Numbered from the whole stretch's first letter, positions 11,818 through 24,971 are shown. The stretch is 63,265 nucleotides of DNA, filler included, from Octopus bimaculoides (GCF_001194135.2; 4 parts of 4 records of this genome joined end to end with filler, not necessarily neighbours in it), one strand, 5' to 3'. Made by a program: numbers and translations. The notes: generated from the sequence alone by a model not told the origin.

Positions 11818-11956
11818 CATTATTATTATTATTAGTCAAGACGAAGAGCGCGATTCGATTGTATAGATGTTTTATTCNNNNNNNNNNNNNNNNNNNNNNN
11901 NNNNNNNNNNNNNNNNNNNNNNNNTTCTTCTTCTTCTTCTTCTTCTTCTTCTTCTT

Positions 11957-11987
<31 letters not shown>

Positions 11988-12009
11988 TTATTATTCAGGT
12001 CACTGCTTG

Positions 12010-12071
<62 letters not shown>

Positions 12072-13118
12072 TAAAAACGATTTGAGGAACACGAACGAAA
12101 TTAATCCCATGACGCAAATTTTGATAACATTCGTAACTTTCTGCCCGTTGATCAAAGTAAGCATCAGAAAACTATACTCAACAGCCGAGGTGAAATAGGA
12201 CCAGTACAGTTCTAAATCTGACGCTTTGTCTCCTAGCAAAAATCGGATTCTCTCCAATGCACGAAAATGCAATAATATGATATATAAATTCTTAATTTCT
12301 TGAAATCATCTTGTTTTGCTTCCTGAAAATTTCACGAGTCCTTACACCTATTTTTACGTTTTGAACCCCAGACTGTAGAGACGGGCAGTATCTGTTATTT
12401 GTATACGAAAAATTTCTAGAAAATATTTTTAAAAAAATGCAGTTAATATTTGAATCGATTTTGAAACGGTCGTTAACTTAGTGCATTTTATATGACAGGG
12501 TGAAATATGCAATAAAGGGTTGGGAATTAGGGGCTATAAATACATATATCTACTGCTTTATAATGAATAAATATAGAGAATTAATATACAACATTAAAGA
12601 TAAAAAATTATTGTGAAAAAGAATTCTGTGAAAAAACAAAAATGGTTAAAAAAAAACCCAAGCTTGACGTACGGATTATATGACTAAAATAATCAATATT
12701 ACGCATATAGAAAAGATAGAAAATGGAAAACAACTTCCACGAACTGGTCTAAGTGCATCAATCATTTTTCGTACATATGTATGTATCTATGTATACATGT
12801 GTGTATGTATGTATCCATGTATACATGCATTATATGGATATATCTAAATATATATGCGCGGGTGTAATTATATACACACACATATGCATATACATGTATA
12901 TGTATGCATTTATACATATAAATATCAAATTATACAAACTTGACTTTCATTCATGTTCAGACTCTTTCTCTCTTATACACACGCGCGCGCACGCAATGCG
13001 CTTATGGACATGAACACACTCATATTGCATATATATAAACACGTACATACATATATACAGTTACACACACAAATATATCTATCTTTCTACATAAATATCT
13101 ATACTTCTCTCTTTACAG

Positions 13119-13157
<39 letters not shown>

Positions 13158-13845
13158 AAATATTCATATACTTACATACGTATGCGTAAAATGACTGTTG
13201 CACTAGGAGTAACTCCATTTGGAATCAGTTGGTAGTATATATTTTCGATTATTCTATCTTCTCTGTCTTAAATATCGATTATTTTACTCACATAATCCCA
13301 ACGCCCAACAGTTTCTTTTTTTTCTGTTCTATCTTTTCATAATAATTTTCTATATTATTTACATTAATTTTCTTTATTAATTTTTGCATATTCATTCATT
13401 ATAAAACAGAAGTAATTCATATACCTACAACGCTTTACTCCAACCATAACCCACGAAAATACTTCCAATCACACAAAATACACAAACATCACGAATTCTT
13501 TTAGTACACAATTGAATCCCAGTGCCGAATTTAAAAAAAATTTCTTTCAACATTTCCTATGCAAGATTATATATATTGTCCGTCTCCATCATTTCTGTAT
13601 CCTTCATTTCTATTCGGATGATCGGAATCAGAAATATTTAGTGAAGTTTACATCGCTGAATGTGTATGTGTGCGCGTATATTTATTTATACATATATAGA
13701 TGCATACATACATGCATACATACATACATACATACATACGTACGTACGTATGTGTGCATATATATATTCACATATATGTGTGTGTATATGTACACACACC
13801 TATAGATATATATGTACATACTTACGCACACACATACACACACGC

Positions 13846-13916
<71 letters not shown>

Positions 13917-14179
13917 GTTTGAAAGGAGAATTCAGGTAGTTTTAGCAATTTAGAAAAATAATGCAAGATATACTCAGCCATAAAACCGGTGTATGCAAAT
14001 TATGAAAATATATTTAATGTTTCACTGAATAAAATATTGAAAAACATAAAAAATTTTACAGATACATAAATATATAAAAATATAATAGACATATATGCCT
14101 AGAAAACTATATTGATGTATAAAGATATGTTAGTATCTTATAAGGTATATATTGAAGACATCTTCCTACTCACAGATTA

Positions 14180-14855
14180 ATAAGAAATCGTATAAAAACC
14201 CTCCTCCAAATCCTGCTATGGCGAAATTCGAAAAAGACTTAATGTACAATATTTATATTATTTACTATTGACGGATATTTGTCCTCATCTTGTTAGTTGT
14301 TAACACAAGACTTAATGTATATGATAAAAAAAAAACTAAAATTTTCTAAATACACTAACCCTTTCCAAAAGGAGCTTTCTCAAACTATATCTGAAATCCG
14401 TTCCTCACAAAATTTACACGAATTCTCTGACAAAATTGGTAATCTTTACTCATTGTCTATTGAAACTTATAACAACTTAATAGTAAAGGAGCTTAGTACT
14501 AATTACAGACATGCACATGCAAAAGCACTGAAGGATATTAACAAGACAGATTACAAACTTTTAGCGGATTAATACCTATTGAATAGAACAGAACCATACG
14601 CACCAAGAATCCCTCATTTTACTCTGAAGGATCATAAGCCCAATTTACAATCTAAACCCTCTATCTGTTTAATCTGTCCCACTAAGTCTTTTTTAGGCAA
14701 AATTAGTAAAACAGTTATAGATAGAATATTACCCCCAGTCAAGGATAATATAAAGTTCTCCCTTTGGAATTCTTCTGGTGACGTAATCACATAGTTTCAC
14801 TTCCTCAACAACAAACATTAATTTCATTCAATTTCATGTATCTGATTACTATGCA
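14180..14855 (+). mobile_element. Penelope-like element reverse transcriptase pseudogene fragment
   Basis: KSYKNPPP...FEKDLMY[insertion]MIKK-LKF...FQKEL...FSDKIGNLY...HFTLKDHKPNLQSKPSICLICPTKSFLGKISK...W...FIQFHVSDYY, matching the TLKDHK/RLINP/FIQFDI pattern of a PLE RT lineage. Confidence 0.75.
14247..14306 (-). mobile_element. 60-bp retroposed tail fragment with 13-bp TSD
   Basis: AAGACTTAATGTA at 14234-14246 and 14307-14319. The insert aligns to the minus strand from 11693 downward. Confidence 0.85.
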
Positions 14856-14974
14856 AAGCTTATAATGTGCAGAAAGAGACCCTGTGAGACCTCTCACAAC
14901 AGGCTACTGTCCGCTCTCACAAAATCAAACAGAGCAAACAACACCGAGCGCTCTGAGAAGCAAAACAACAATAA

Positions 14975-15197
14975 TGATAATAATCTTTTCCACTTCAGCC
15001 AAAAGGTCTGGAATTTGTGGGGAGGGGGGATTGTTGGTGATATCAACCTCAGTATTTGACTGGTACTTAATTTATCAAACCAAAGGGATGTGAGGCAAAA
15101 TCGACCTCAGCTGAATTTGAACTCAGAACGTAAAAAGGGACAAAATGCTGCAGAGCATTCTGCCCGTCGTGGTAACGATTCTGCTAGCTCGCCGCTT
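14975..15197 (-). mobile_element. SINE family A copy
   Basis: Minus strand AAAGCGGCGAGCTAGCAGAATCGTT...CTGAGTTCAAATTCAGCTGAGG...GAAAAGATTATTAT. Confidence 0.85.
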
Positions 15198-15204
15198 TAA
15201 TGAT

Positions 15205-15230
15205 AAAAATGAAAATAATAACAATAACAT

Positions 15231-15278
<48 letters not shown>

Positions 15279-15309
15279 TAATAACAACAACAACAAGAAC
15301 AACAACAAC

Positions 15310-15353
<44 letters not shown>

Positions 15354-15399
15354 CAACAACAACAGCAATAATAATAATAATAACAATAATAATAATAAT
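15205..15399. repeat. (AAT/AAC)n trinucleotide tract
   Basis: Direct reading; followed by a ~1-kb gap. Confidence 0.95.
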
Positions 15400-16395
15400 N
15401 NNNNNNNNNNNNNNNNNNNNNNNNNNNNNNNNNNNNNNNNNNNNNNNNNNNNNNNNNNNNNNNNNNNNNNNNNNNNNNNNNNNNNNNNNNNNNNNNNNNN
15501 NNNNNNNNNNNNNNNNNNNNNNNNNNNNNNNNNNNNNNNNNNNNNNNNNNNNNNNNNNNNNNNNNNNNNNNNNNNNNNNNNNNNNNNNNNNNNNNNNNNN
15601 NNNNNNNNNNNNNNNNNNNNNNNNNNNNNNNNNNNNNNNNNNNNNNNNNNNNNNNNNNNNNNNNNNNNNNNNNNNNNNNNNNNNNNNNNNNNNNNNNNNN
15701 NNNNNNNNNNNNNNNNNNNNNNNNNNNNNNNNNNNNNNNNNNNNNNNNNNNNNNNNNNNNNNNNNNNNNNNNNNNNNNNNNNNNNNNNNNNNNNNNNNNN
15801 NNNNNNNNNNNNNNNNNNNNNNNNNNNNNNNNNNNNNNNNNNNNNNNNNNNNNNNNNNNNNNNNNNNNNNNNNNNNNNNNNNNNNNNNNNNNNNNNNNNN
15901 NNNNNNNNNNNNNNNNNNNNNNNNNNNNNNNNNNNNNNNNNNNNNNNNNNNNNNNNNNNNNNNNNNNNNNNNNNNNNNNNNNNNNNNNNNNNNNNNNNNN
16001 NNNNNNNNNNNNNNNNNNNNNNNNNNNNNNNNNNNNNNNNNNNNNNNNNNNNNNNNNNNNNNNNNNNNNNNNNNNNNNNNNNNNNNNNNNNNNNNNNNNN
16101 NNNNNNNNNNNNNNNNNNNNNNNNNNNNNNNNNNNNNNNNNNNNNNNNNNNNNNNNNNNNNNNNNNNNNNNNNNNNNNNNNNNNNNNNNNNNNNNNNNNN
16201 NNNNNNNNNNNNNNNNNNNNNNNNNNNNNNNNNNNNNNNNNNNNNNNNNNNNNNNNNNNNNNNNNNNNNNNNNNNNNNNNNNNNNNNNNNNNNNNNNNNN
16301 NNNNNNNNNNNNNNNNNNNNNNNNNNNNNNNNNNNNNNNNNNNNNNNNNNNNNNNNNNNNNNNNNNNNNNNNNNNNNNNNNNNNNNNNNNNNNNN

Positions 16396-16439
<44 letters not shown>

Positions 16440-17172
16440 CTATATCTATATATATATATATATTCGTATACATCTATCGCTGTATGTATTTACGCATACA
16501 TGTACGTATGTATGCGAGTATGTATACATATACGTACGTGCGTAGGTATGTGTGTGCAGTGCCTATATGTGCATATATCTGCGTGTTCGTGTGTTTATAC
16601 ATCCAATATTGAATTTTGCAGGTTTTCTTTGAAAACGTATGTTTGTTCAAAGTGTGTATTCATCTCAGCCGATAATTATTTTCGAACAGCAAAGTATTAA
16701 TTTCTTTTTCTTTTTTGCTTTCAAATATTCACTTTAGCTTTGATATTTTACTTCAGCTATCAATTTGTTCTCCCATCATTTCCCTTTTCTTCATATCTTA
16801 CGTTTGATATTCGCCTAAGTGATAACTTAACGTCAACGCACTCCTATTCATCAATAACATCTGTTATGCACCAGTGTCATGTAATAACTGATATTTCTTT
16901 GGTAGTTTTTAGTTAGTTCCACATTTCATGTCTCACATATCTTTGATGGAATTATTATTAAGATAAGCAATCATATTGATTAATAAGGGTCACCATTGGA
17001 ATTATTTCTTCTGATTGGAAAAAAAGATTTTAAATTTTCTTACCAGATAACGAAATGAAATTTGGAATTCTTGCTTTACATAAGAAGTTAAGAAATTCGG
17101 CAACAGTAGTCGATGCAATATATATTTTATTATTGACATGTGTATGCGTTCACCCCTTTCTTTCTTTCTTTG

Positions 17173-17241
<69 letters not shown>

Positions 17242-18029
17242 GTCTATCTGTCTGTCTGTCTCTCTCTCTCTCTATATATATTCTGTTGTATATGGGGAGA
17301 GTCATTCTCTTTTAGTGCCTTATAATTTAACACACTCACCGGTAAAATTTCCACTTATTTCTTTTTTACTGTTCTAAAATTTTCGTTGCATCTTGCAACC
17401 TTTTCAATAGTCAAAACTGGCCCTCCTAGACCAGTATGATTAATGCTATTTATGTTCTTCTTGAATCTATTTAAGTCAACACCTGCGGTAAAGACATGAG
17501 AAAACCGGGTATTTCAGAGCACAGACGGTTTTGGGAAGAACTAGGGGGCTTCGGTTCGTTTTAGGCGTGTGGGGATGAACATAGCAAAATTGATGAGGAT
17601 CACCTAGAGGGACGAGAATTCCTGAGAAGAAGTGGCATAACTTCAGCTAACACCTAGGGGCAACGTCAATCACAGTAGCAATATAAGTGGCAGTAAGAGC
17701 AGACGGCACATCTTTTGGCCAGAGTATGTGGTACGTCTGTGAGTGATTGTTTGACAATCAGTCGGATGTCCGTATTATTGACGGGGTTTCAGATGTCTCT
17801 AACAGAGATATGAGAGCAATTTTCCTTTGTGGGCTTTCCTTAATCTTTAAACATCGGCGATGGAAATAACCCCAAAATGAGTTCGTTATTTAACTCGCAC
17901 ACTATCATATATATTCCGCTGAATCTTTCCTTCTATAATACTGTGAGTAGACTGCAAGGTGAAGTACTCATAGCAAACTCTGAATAGATATTTTAATCTG
18001 TGTAATAACGATATCAATATTTAACAATA

Positions 18030-18240
18030 CCAAATCGTTAGCACGCCGGGCGAAATGCTTAGAGGCCTTTCGTCTGTCTTTACATGCCGAGTGCAAATTC
18101 TGCCGAGGCCGATTTTTCCTTTTATCCTTTAGGAGTCAGTTAAACAAGTACCAGTCGTACATTTGTGTGGATATAATCGACTAGCTCCCACACGCGAAAT
18201 TGCAGGCCTTGTGTGAAAATTTGAAAGCAATATTTAGCAA
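18030..18240 (+). mobile_element. SINE family A copy
   Basis: AATCGTTAGCACGCCGGGCGAAATGCTTAG...GGCCTTGTGTGAAAATTTGAAAGC. Confidence 0.85.
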
Positions 18241-18331
18241 TATTACTTTCCCATCGTTTCTCTTTCTACCCCTTTTCTGTGTCTCTGTGTCTCTCGACAC
18301 ACACACACACACACACACACANNNNNNNNNN

Positions 18332-18373
<42 letters not shown>

Positions 18374-18509
18374 CCATATATTTGCATGTATGTGTGTGTT
18401 CATATATGTTGTATATGTATGTGTCTGTATATGTATATCTGTACATGTGTGTACAAACACACATACACTTTCTTTCTTTCTTTCTTTCTTTCTTTTTTTC
18501 TTTCTTTTT

Positions 18510-18561
<52 letters not shown>

Positions 18562-19353
18562 TCCCCTTCTCTCTTTCTCTCTCTCTTACTCTCTCTCACG
18601 CACACACATGCACACACGCGCGTTGTTGTTTTTAGTATTTCTGTACTATTTCAAGTCTATAGACAAATGAAAAAATGTAAAAAAATGTAAAAAAAAAAAA
18701 AAATCGTAAAAAATGTAAAAAAAAAAAAAATCGTAAAAAATGTTAAAAAAAAAAAAATTTTAATGGCTTGAAATGTTGCCACTATGGTATCTAATCAGTT
18801 AAGTGTTATTCATAAGCTATTTCTTTTGATATAAACAATTTAATTTACTTAGAATTTAGCAAACTATCTTGTCTCAAGTTCAAACACCAATAAACGATGA
18901 ATATAACGACATAAAATGTCTATCGTTATACTGAGTAGTCATCTGCATTATTTGAAAAATTGCTTTAGCGTGTTGATATGCAGACGATGATGATCAAACA
19001 TATGATGTTATTATATGATATTAAAATTTATTGAATTGTAGTGATAACTTTATAGTAGATATTGAAGCATCCTTGAATGCTAAAAATACATTAAGATATC
19101 TATAAGTGATTAGTTCACTAGGTGATGGGTTGATTGATATGTTGTTGGCTAGCTCTACCCGATGGCTAACAATCGGTTAGTAGATCGGAGAAAGCAATTA
19201 TATAACAGTTTCTATAACTGGTCGTCTTTTATTAGCTGTGATGTCCGCTTCTCTAAACTTGAAACGCTAAGCATGCGACGTTAGGAAGCTTCCTGGCAAA
19301 ATGATAGGAATGAGAAATAAAGTTAAATTTATGTTTGTATACACATGTGCGAG

Positions 19354-19385
<32 letters not shown>

Positions 19386-20181
19386 TGAATGTGTGTGTAT
19401 GTATGTGTATATAAACATACATTCATACATTCATACACACATACGCGATATATAATGAATTCACGTGAGGAAATTTCTATCGGTTAACGTGTGAGAAACA
19501 AGAAGCTGTTGTCACTCGTCGATGAAATTGAAATTATAAAGAAAATACCTTCATTATTTCTTCAATTAAAACTATTTTTATTGTTAAACATTTTTTTATA
19601 TTAAATAAGCAGTGAGTTAACTATCCAAATTTGTGATTACTCGCATGCACAATAAATTCCAATCTACAGTATGTGATCTATATTAACATCTGTTTTTGCG
19701 TACTCAATCGCCTTAACGAGCAACGGTCTCCATATTCAATGATAAAAATCTCCAGTATCAATTCATGTAAATCTAGCCGTCTGTTTATGTGAAACCATTC
19801 TACTGCAGTCGTGCTATTAACCCATTGCTGTAGCTTAGTAGTCCCTTTAATTCTGATCTGTAATTTCGGTGCATCTCAAGTTGGTCCTGAATAATTTATT
19901 TGAACTTAACTTCACCATTACAAAGTGGCTTCATAACACCAAGGACGATGACTACGATAAGAACAGAAGTATCAATGAGCTAATGATGAGCCTGTTCCTG
20001 ACCACACGAATTCTTAGAAACAGCAACGAAATCTATTTCAAAGAACACTCTACCGACTTAAAATAAAGGAAGGACAATGTAGGATAATGTAGTCTGCGAT
20101 ATAATATGTCTGGAAAGACGGGATGGTTACTCATAGAAAATGTTCGGTTAGAAATATGCTCTAGTGGATCTGAAACTAAAC

Positions 20182-20283
20182 ACCACGACCACGACCACGA
20201 CGACGATGACCACCACCACCACGACGAACGACGACCACGACGACCACCGCCACCATCAGCAGCAGCAACAACAACAAAAACAA

Positions 20284-20321
<38 letters not shown>

Positions 20322-20325
20322 CTAT
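20182..20325. repeat. Compound CAC/GAC/CAG/CAA trinucleotide repeat
   Basis: Direct reading. Confidence 0.9.
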
Positions 20326-21012
20326 CTCAACCAACCACAATGATAAAAACAAAAGCAACGGCGAAGTAAATTCTGAATGTAGATTAAACAACATAAAATC
20401 TATTAAAAATAAAGTAGACTATTAACATAAATCACATTTTTCTTGGAGTCAGAAACTTAAAGGATATAAATAAATGAAAAGAATTCCCCTTGATAATGTT
20501 TATCTCTGAATATTAAGGCTTATTTTCCCATTACTAATAAGAAACATAACAATTAATTATTTAGGGATAGGATACCTAGAAAATAATGAGCTAATATTTT
20601 GGAGAGTAAATCTTGTTTTTCTGTTGCTATAACAGTGAGTAGCTTGTTAATGTGGAAAATATAATAGGAAAAACTCATTAGGAAAACGACCCCATAAATA
20701 TCCACAAATCAGAAAGAAATCATCAAAACACCAAAAACCATTAGCTATGTTAGATATTGCTCATATATCTGTTTGGTGCCGGTGCTTCATATACAAGCAC
20801 AGCATTCTACATTCCAAATTAGGCAATCCTACTGATTTATTCACAAACAGCTACGAGCATTGGATAGCAGATGCCTTGTTTTTATCTCCCTGATTCTACA
20901 ACTACAATAACAATCTGTAAACAATCATTTTTCACCCAAGATCTTGTCGATTACTCGTCACCTATTCACTCTTTAACTATGCTGTGTTACTTCTAGACTA
21001 CAACCAAACGCT

Positions 21013-21044
<32 letters not shown>

Positions 21045-21439
21045 AGAACATCTACTGATGTTCAGATATCACACTAGGAGGGCCCCTCGTTCTCCTCTGA
21101 CAGGCTCATTTAGTTTATGAAAGTCAAACTGCCTCACAGCTAATCAACTAATTCTGGAAGAGAGAATAGCAATAGTGTTTGTAAATCGTGGGCTGTGAAT
21201 AGAAAGTAACAACTTCTAAACATTAATCATATAATTTACATAAGTGATTCTAGTATTAGAAGAGTGTGAACGAAAGGAAAATAATTGATGAATTTGAGGG
21301 AAAAGAACAACAAAATCCCGTGTAAAGACAGAACAAGCATTAAATTAAAATAAACAGGCACTATTTCTTGAGTGGTAGTTCATACGCTCTAGAAGAACGT
21401 TTAAGTGCAAAAGACATGTATCGTGTCAATATAAGAGTT

Positions 21440-21950
21440 GAAATCGTCTGTCTTTACGTTCTGAGTTCAACTTCTACCGAGGTCGACTTTGCTTTCATCC
21501 TTTCGGGGTCGATGAATTAAGTATCAGTTACGTGCTGGGGACGATGTAATCGACTGGCCCCCTCTCCCCAAAATTTCGGGCCTTGTGCCTAGAATTGTTG
21601 TTGGCACTCCGTCGCTTACGACGTCGAGGGTTCCAGTTGATCCGATCAACGGAACAGCCTGCTCGTGAAATTAACGTGCGAGTGGCTGAACACTCCACAG
21701 ACACGTGTACCTTTAACGTAGTTCTCGGGGATATTCAGCGTGACACAGTGTGACAAGGCTGACCCTTTGAATTACAGGCACAATAGAAACAGGAAGTAAG
21801 AGTGTGAGAAAGTTGTGCCGGAGCCTCGTGGAGCTTTAGGTGTTTTCGCCCGGTCTGGGAATCGAAACCGTGATCCTATGACCGTGAGTCCGCTGCCCTA
21901 TACCACTGGGCCATTGCGCCTCCACTGTGCCTAGAGTAGAAAAGAATATA
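21440..21950 (+). mobile_element. SINE family A copy (5'-truncated), split by a SINE B insertion
   Basis: Body ends ...GGCCTTGTGCCTAGA at 21593 and resumes TGTGCCTAGAGTAGAAAAG at 21926. Confidence 0.85.
21594..21925 (-). mobile_element. tRNA-derived SINE family B copy with 10-bp TSD
   Basis: Minus head GTGGAGGCGCAATGGCCCAGTGGT...GGTTTCGATTCC; (CAA)n tail; TSD TGTGCCTAGA at 21584-21593 and 21926-21935. Homologous to 48250-48634. Confidence 0.92.
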
Positions 21951-21959
21951 AGAGCTGAT

Positions 21960-22175
21960 TAACGCAGCGAGCAGGCAGAACCGTTAGCACGCCGGGCAAA
22001 ATGCTTAGTGGCATTTCGTCCGTCTTCACGTTCTGAGTTCAAATACCGCCGCGGTCGACTTTGTCCTTCATCATTTCGGGATCGATAGAACAAGTACCAG
22101 TTGAGCACTGTATTCGATGTAATCGACTTACCCCTCCTCCGAAAGTACTGGCCTTGTGTAAAATTTGAAACCAAT
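21960..22175 (+). mobile_element. SINE family A copy
   Basis: GCGAGCAGGCAGAACCGTTAGCACGCCGGG...TTTGAAACC. Confidence 0.88.
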
Positions 22176-22188
22176 ACAAGAATTGAAT

Positions 22189-22356
22189 AAGGCGGCGAAC
22201 TGGCAGAACCGTTAGCACGCCGGGAAAAGATGCGTAGCGACATTTCGACCGTCTTTACGCCCTGAATTCAAATTCTGCCGAGGTTGATTTTGTCTTTCAT
22301 CCTTTTGAGCACTGGGGCAGATGTAATCGACTTATTCTTCCCCCGAAATTGCTGGA
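22189..22356 (+). mobile_element. SINE family A copy (internal deletion)
   Basis: AAGGCGGCGAACTGGCAGAACCGTTAGCACG...GATGTAATCGACTT. Confidence 0.85.
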
Positions 22357-22875
22357 CAAACATAGGTCTAATGGTTAATGTTTATAAATCAGGTAAAGAC
22401 GGAGAGACGGCAACTTCAAAATTTTAGATTAGTAGCATTATATTCAGACATGCAATGAACTGAGAACGTTTAGCTCGAGGCCTAATATTTATTTAATCCG
22501 ATGTTTGACATGTATTGCAGCTATTCCGGAAATATATCGGTCGCATAAGACATTTCCAGAGAAGCATAGCCTTGACCAATGATTGATTAATAAAACTGTC
22601 CTATTAAACAGCAATAAGTATGGAGAGAGAAACCTGGTTATAATTCCTCTGAACTATACTCTCACGCACTTAAAAAAATCTGTTCTTCACTCAAGAAAAA
22701 GATAAAATGCCACAAAGAATATATCCGCATTTTGTGCTACCGTCATGTTACAGTATCTCAGAGGGATATTTCAAGGAGGCAGATTTTCTGTTTCAAACCA
22801 GACCAACCTTGCTCGAACAGACTAATTCCTAATTATTCGAACCAACAGGCGCATTTAATAGATTTCTTTTTCCAG

Positions 22876-22955
22876 TTATTGACTATCACTGCCAAGTAGG
22901 ACATTGCAATCTGAAATGCTGCGGTATATTGTACAATGTTAGTGTGGAAGTCCAG
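22876..22955 (+). other. Candidate 80-nt spliced exon
   Basis: TTTCTTTTTCCAG| acceptor and CAG|GTAAGT donor; one open frame IDYHCQVGHCNLKCCGILYNVSVEVQ. No homology recognised. Confidence 0.35.
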
Positions 22956-23326
22956 GTAAGTTTCTTATTCTTCTATAATAATAAGGGGAAAACATGTAGA
23001 TAACCTTATACATATACATAGTTGAACAGGTAGACTATGTTACAATTTTTCATAGTTCAAAAAATGACATTACAGAAAGCCAAAAAGGTTTTAGGTTATC
23101 ACTCAACCAACGGGAAACAGACGCCAATGCTCCTTCATTTCACAACCTTCTGCCATAGATGAAAGAACAAACTATATAAGGAAGTCCAATACAACGTGGT
23201 ACAAATATATAAAAAATATACAATGGTAAAAGCTAGAACATTGTTGATTTGGAGGATGCTGTATCAGAGCTGGCCAGAAACTAACATTAACTACACAATA
23301 AAACAAATTACTATATATGTGTCTAC

Positions 23327-23390
23327 ATAAGCCTTGTGAAAAGATTTGGTAGACGGAAGCTGAAAGAAGCTTGTAATATGTATATATATA
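23327..23390 (+). mobile_element. SINE family C fragment
   Basis: AAGCCTTGTGAAAAGATTTGGTAGACGGAAGCTGAAAGAAGC. Confidence 0.7.
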
Positions 23391-24608
23391 GGAAATATAG
23401 AAGTTGAAATGCACTGAGAATAGTTAAAATATTTTTTTATTAATATATTTAATGATTTAACCGGTTTCACAGTTTACACTCATTTTCAGAAAGTTCAAAT
23501 AGAAAGACGTCGCCTATGTCGCGGCTGTCTTGTTTCTGACTAGTGTTTGAAGCTCACCCTATTTTTATAGCGAGTTCATGGCTCAAATTAGTATATGTTT
23601 TGAATAAGATTTGATTGGTAGAGGATAGTCACATGATTGATCTTAGAAATTTTTGTAGGTTCCCTACTACATCCGTGTGTTAGTATCAAGTGACAATGTT
23701 TGGCGTCGTAAGTTAAGGCTGACACGGTTGACTGAACATGTCCAATCAATCAATGCTCTGAATGTTTATTTGTTTATCTGAATATATATTTGTTATTGCC
23801 CACTTTTCATGCGATTTGGCCCTGATATTGTCACCAACCAACCATAATATGGCCAAGTTGCTTGAAAATTAGGCCAAATTTCTGTGAAGAAGTCCAAACA
23901 ATTGAACAACAAATGAACACGTCGTCAGCTCATGAATGTATTTATACAATGGGACCTATACTCAGCCACTTTATTTGGTCTAAGCTATTCCTATACACCG
24001 ATTAGGAGGAATACTAAATTCAACCCTATATCACTTTAACAATCAGAGAGTACAACGACATGTAACAGGTTTCCTTTAATCATGAGTCAAGTTATTCCTT
24101 GAAGTCTGCACGTCTCTGTCGATCATGTAAAGGCAGAGCATGTCGATCGTATCTTTCCGCTACCTTTAGCTAACCACACTTTCATATTTGATTGCTTCAT
24201 CGTTTCCCAGTTAGTTTTGTCATTTTACTTTGCATTTTCCTTCTTCATCTCTGACATTGCATTTCCATCTCTCTGACTATATTCACCCCATTATTTCTGC
24301 TACTCTATTTCTCACCTTCCGTTTATCTCCCTTGATCACGTCCTTCATATTCACTCTTCAATGCGTTAGATTTTTCTGTTTCTAATACGATTTATTTCTC
24401 TCCGAAATCACCTATTTTAGATCTCTGCTTCATGTGTTTCTCATTTCCTTTCGTATTTTTTTTTCTAATTTCGGTCTAACTTTTTACCTTCTCTTATTTT
24501 CGATGTCTACCTTTTTGTCTTCTTTCTTATTCACTTCCCTTTCTTCCTTTGTGTTTTCTCATTTTATGTATGTATGTATGTATGTATGTATGTATGTATG
24601 TATGTATG

Positions 24609-24663
<55 letters not shown>

Positions 24664-24916
24664 ATCATTTTCACCCACTGTTTCTCATAAACACACCTTC
24701 ACAGTCTCTCCAAACCCAGGGACACATGTGAGTTCACACATGCAAACATATCTCTATAATGCATACATNNNNNNNNNNNNNNNNNNNNNNNNNNNNNNNN
24801 NNNNNNNNNNNNGTCTACCTTTTTGTCTTCTTTCTTATTCACTTCCCTTTCTTCCTTTGTGTTTTCTCATTTTATGTATGTATGTATGTATGTATGTATG
24901 TATGTATGTATGTATG

Positions 24917-24971
<55 letters not shown>

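Noticed and set aside
19869-20066. 65-aa ORF in unique sequence
   Set aside because: GTG start, no recognisable motif and no convincing splice signals.
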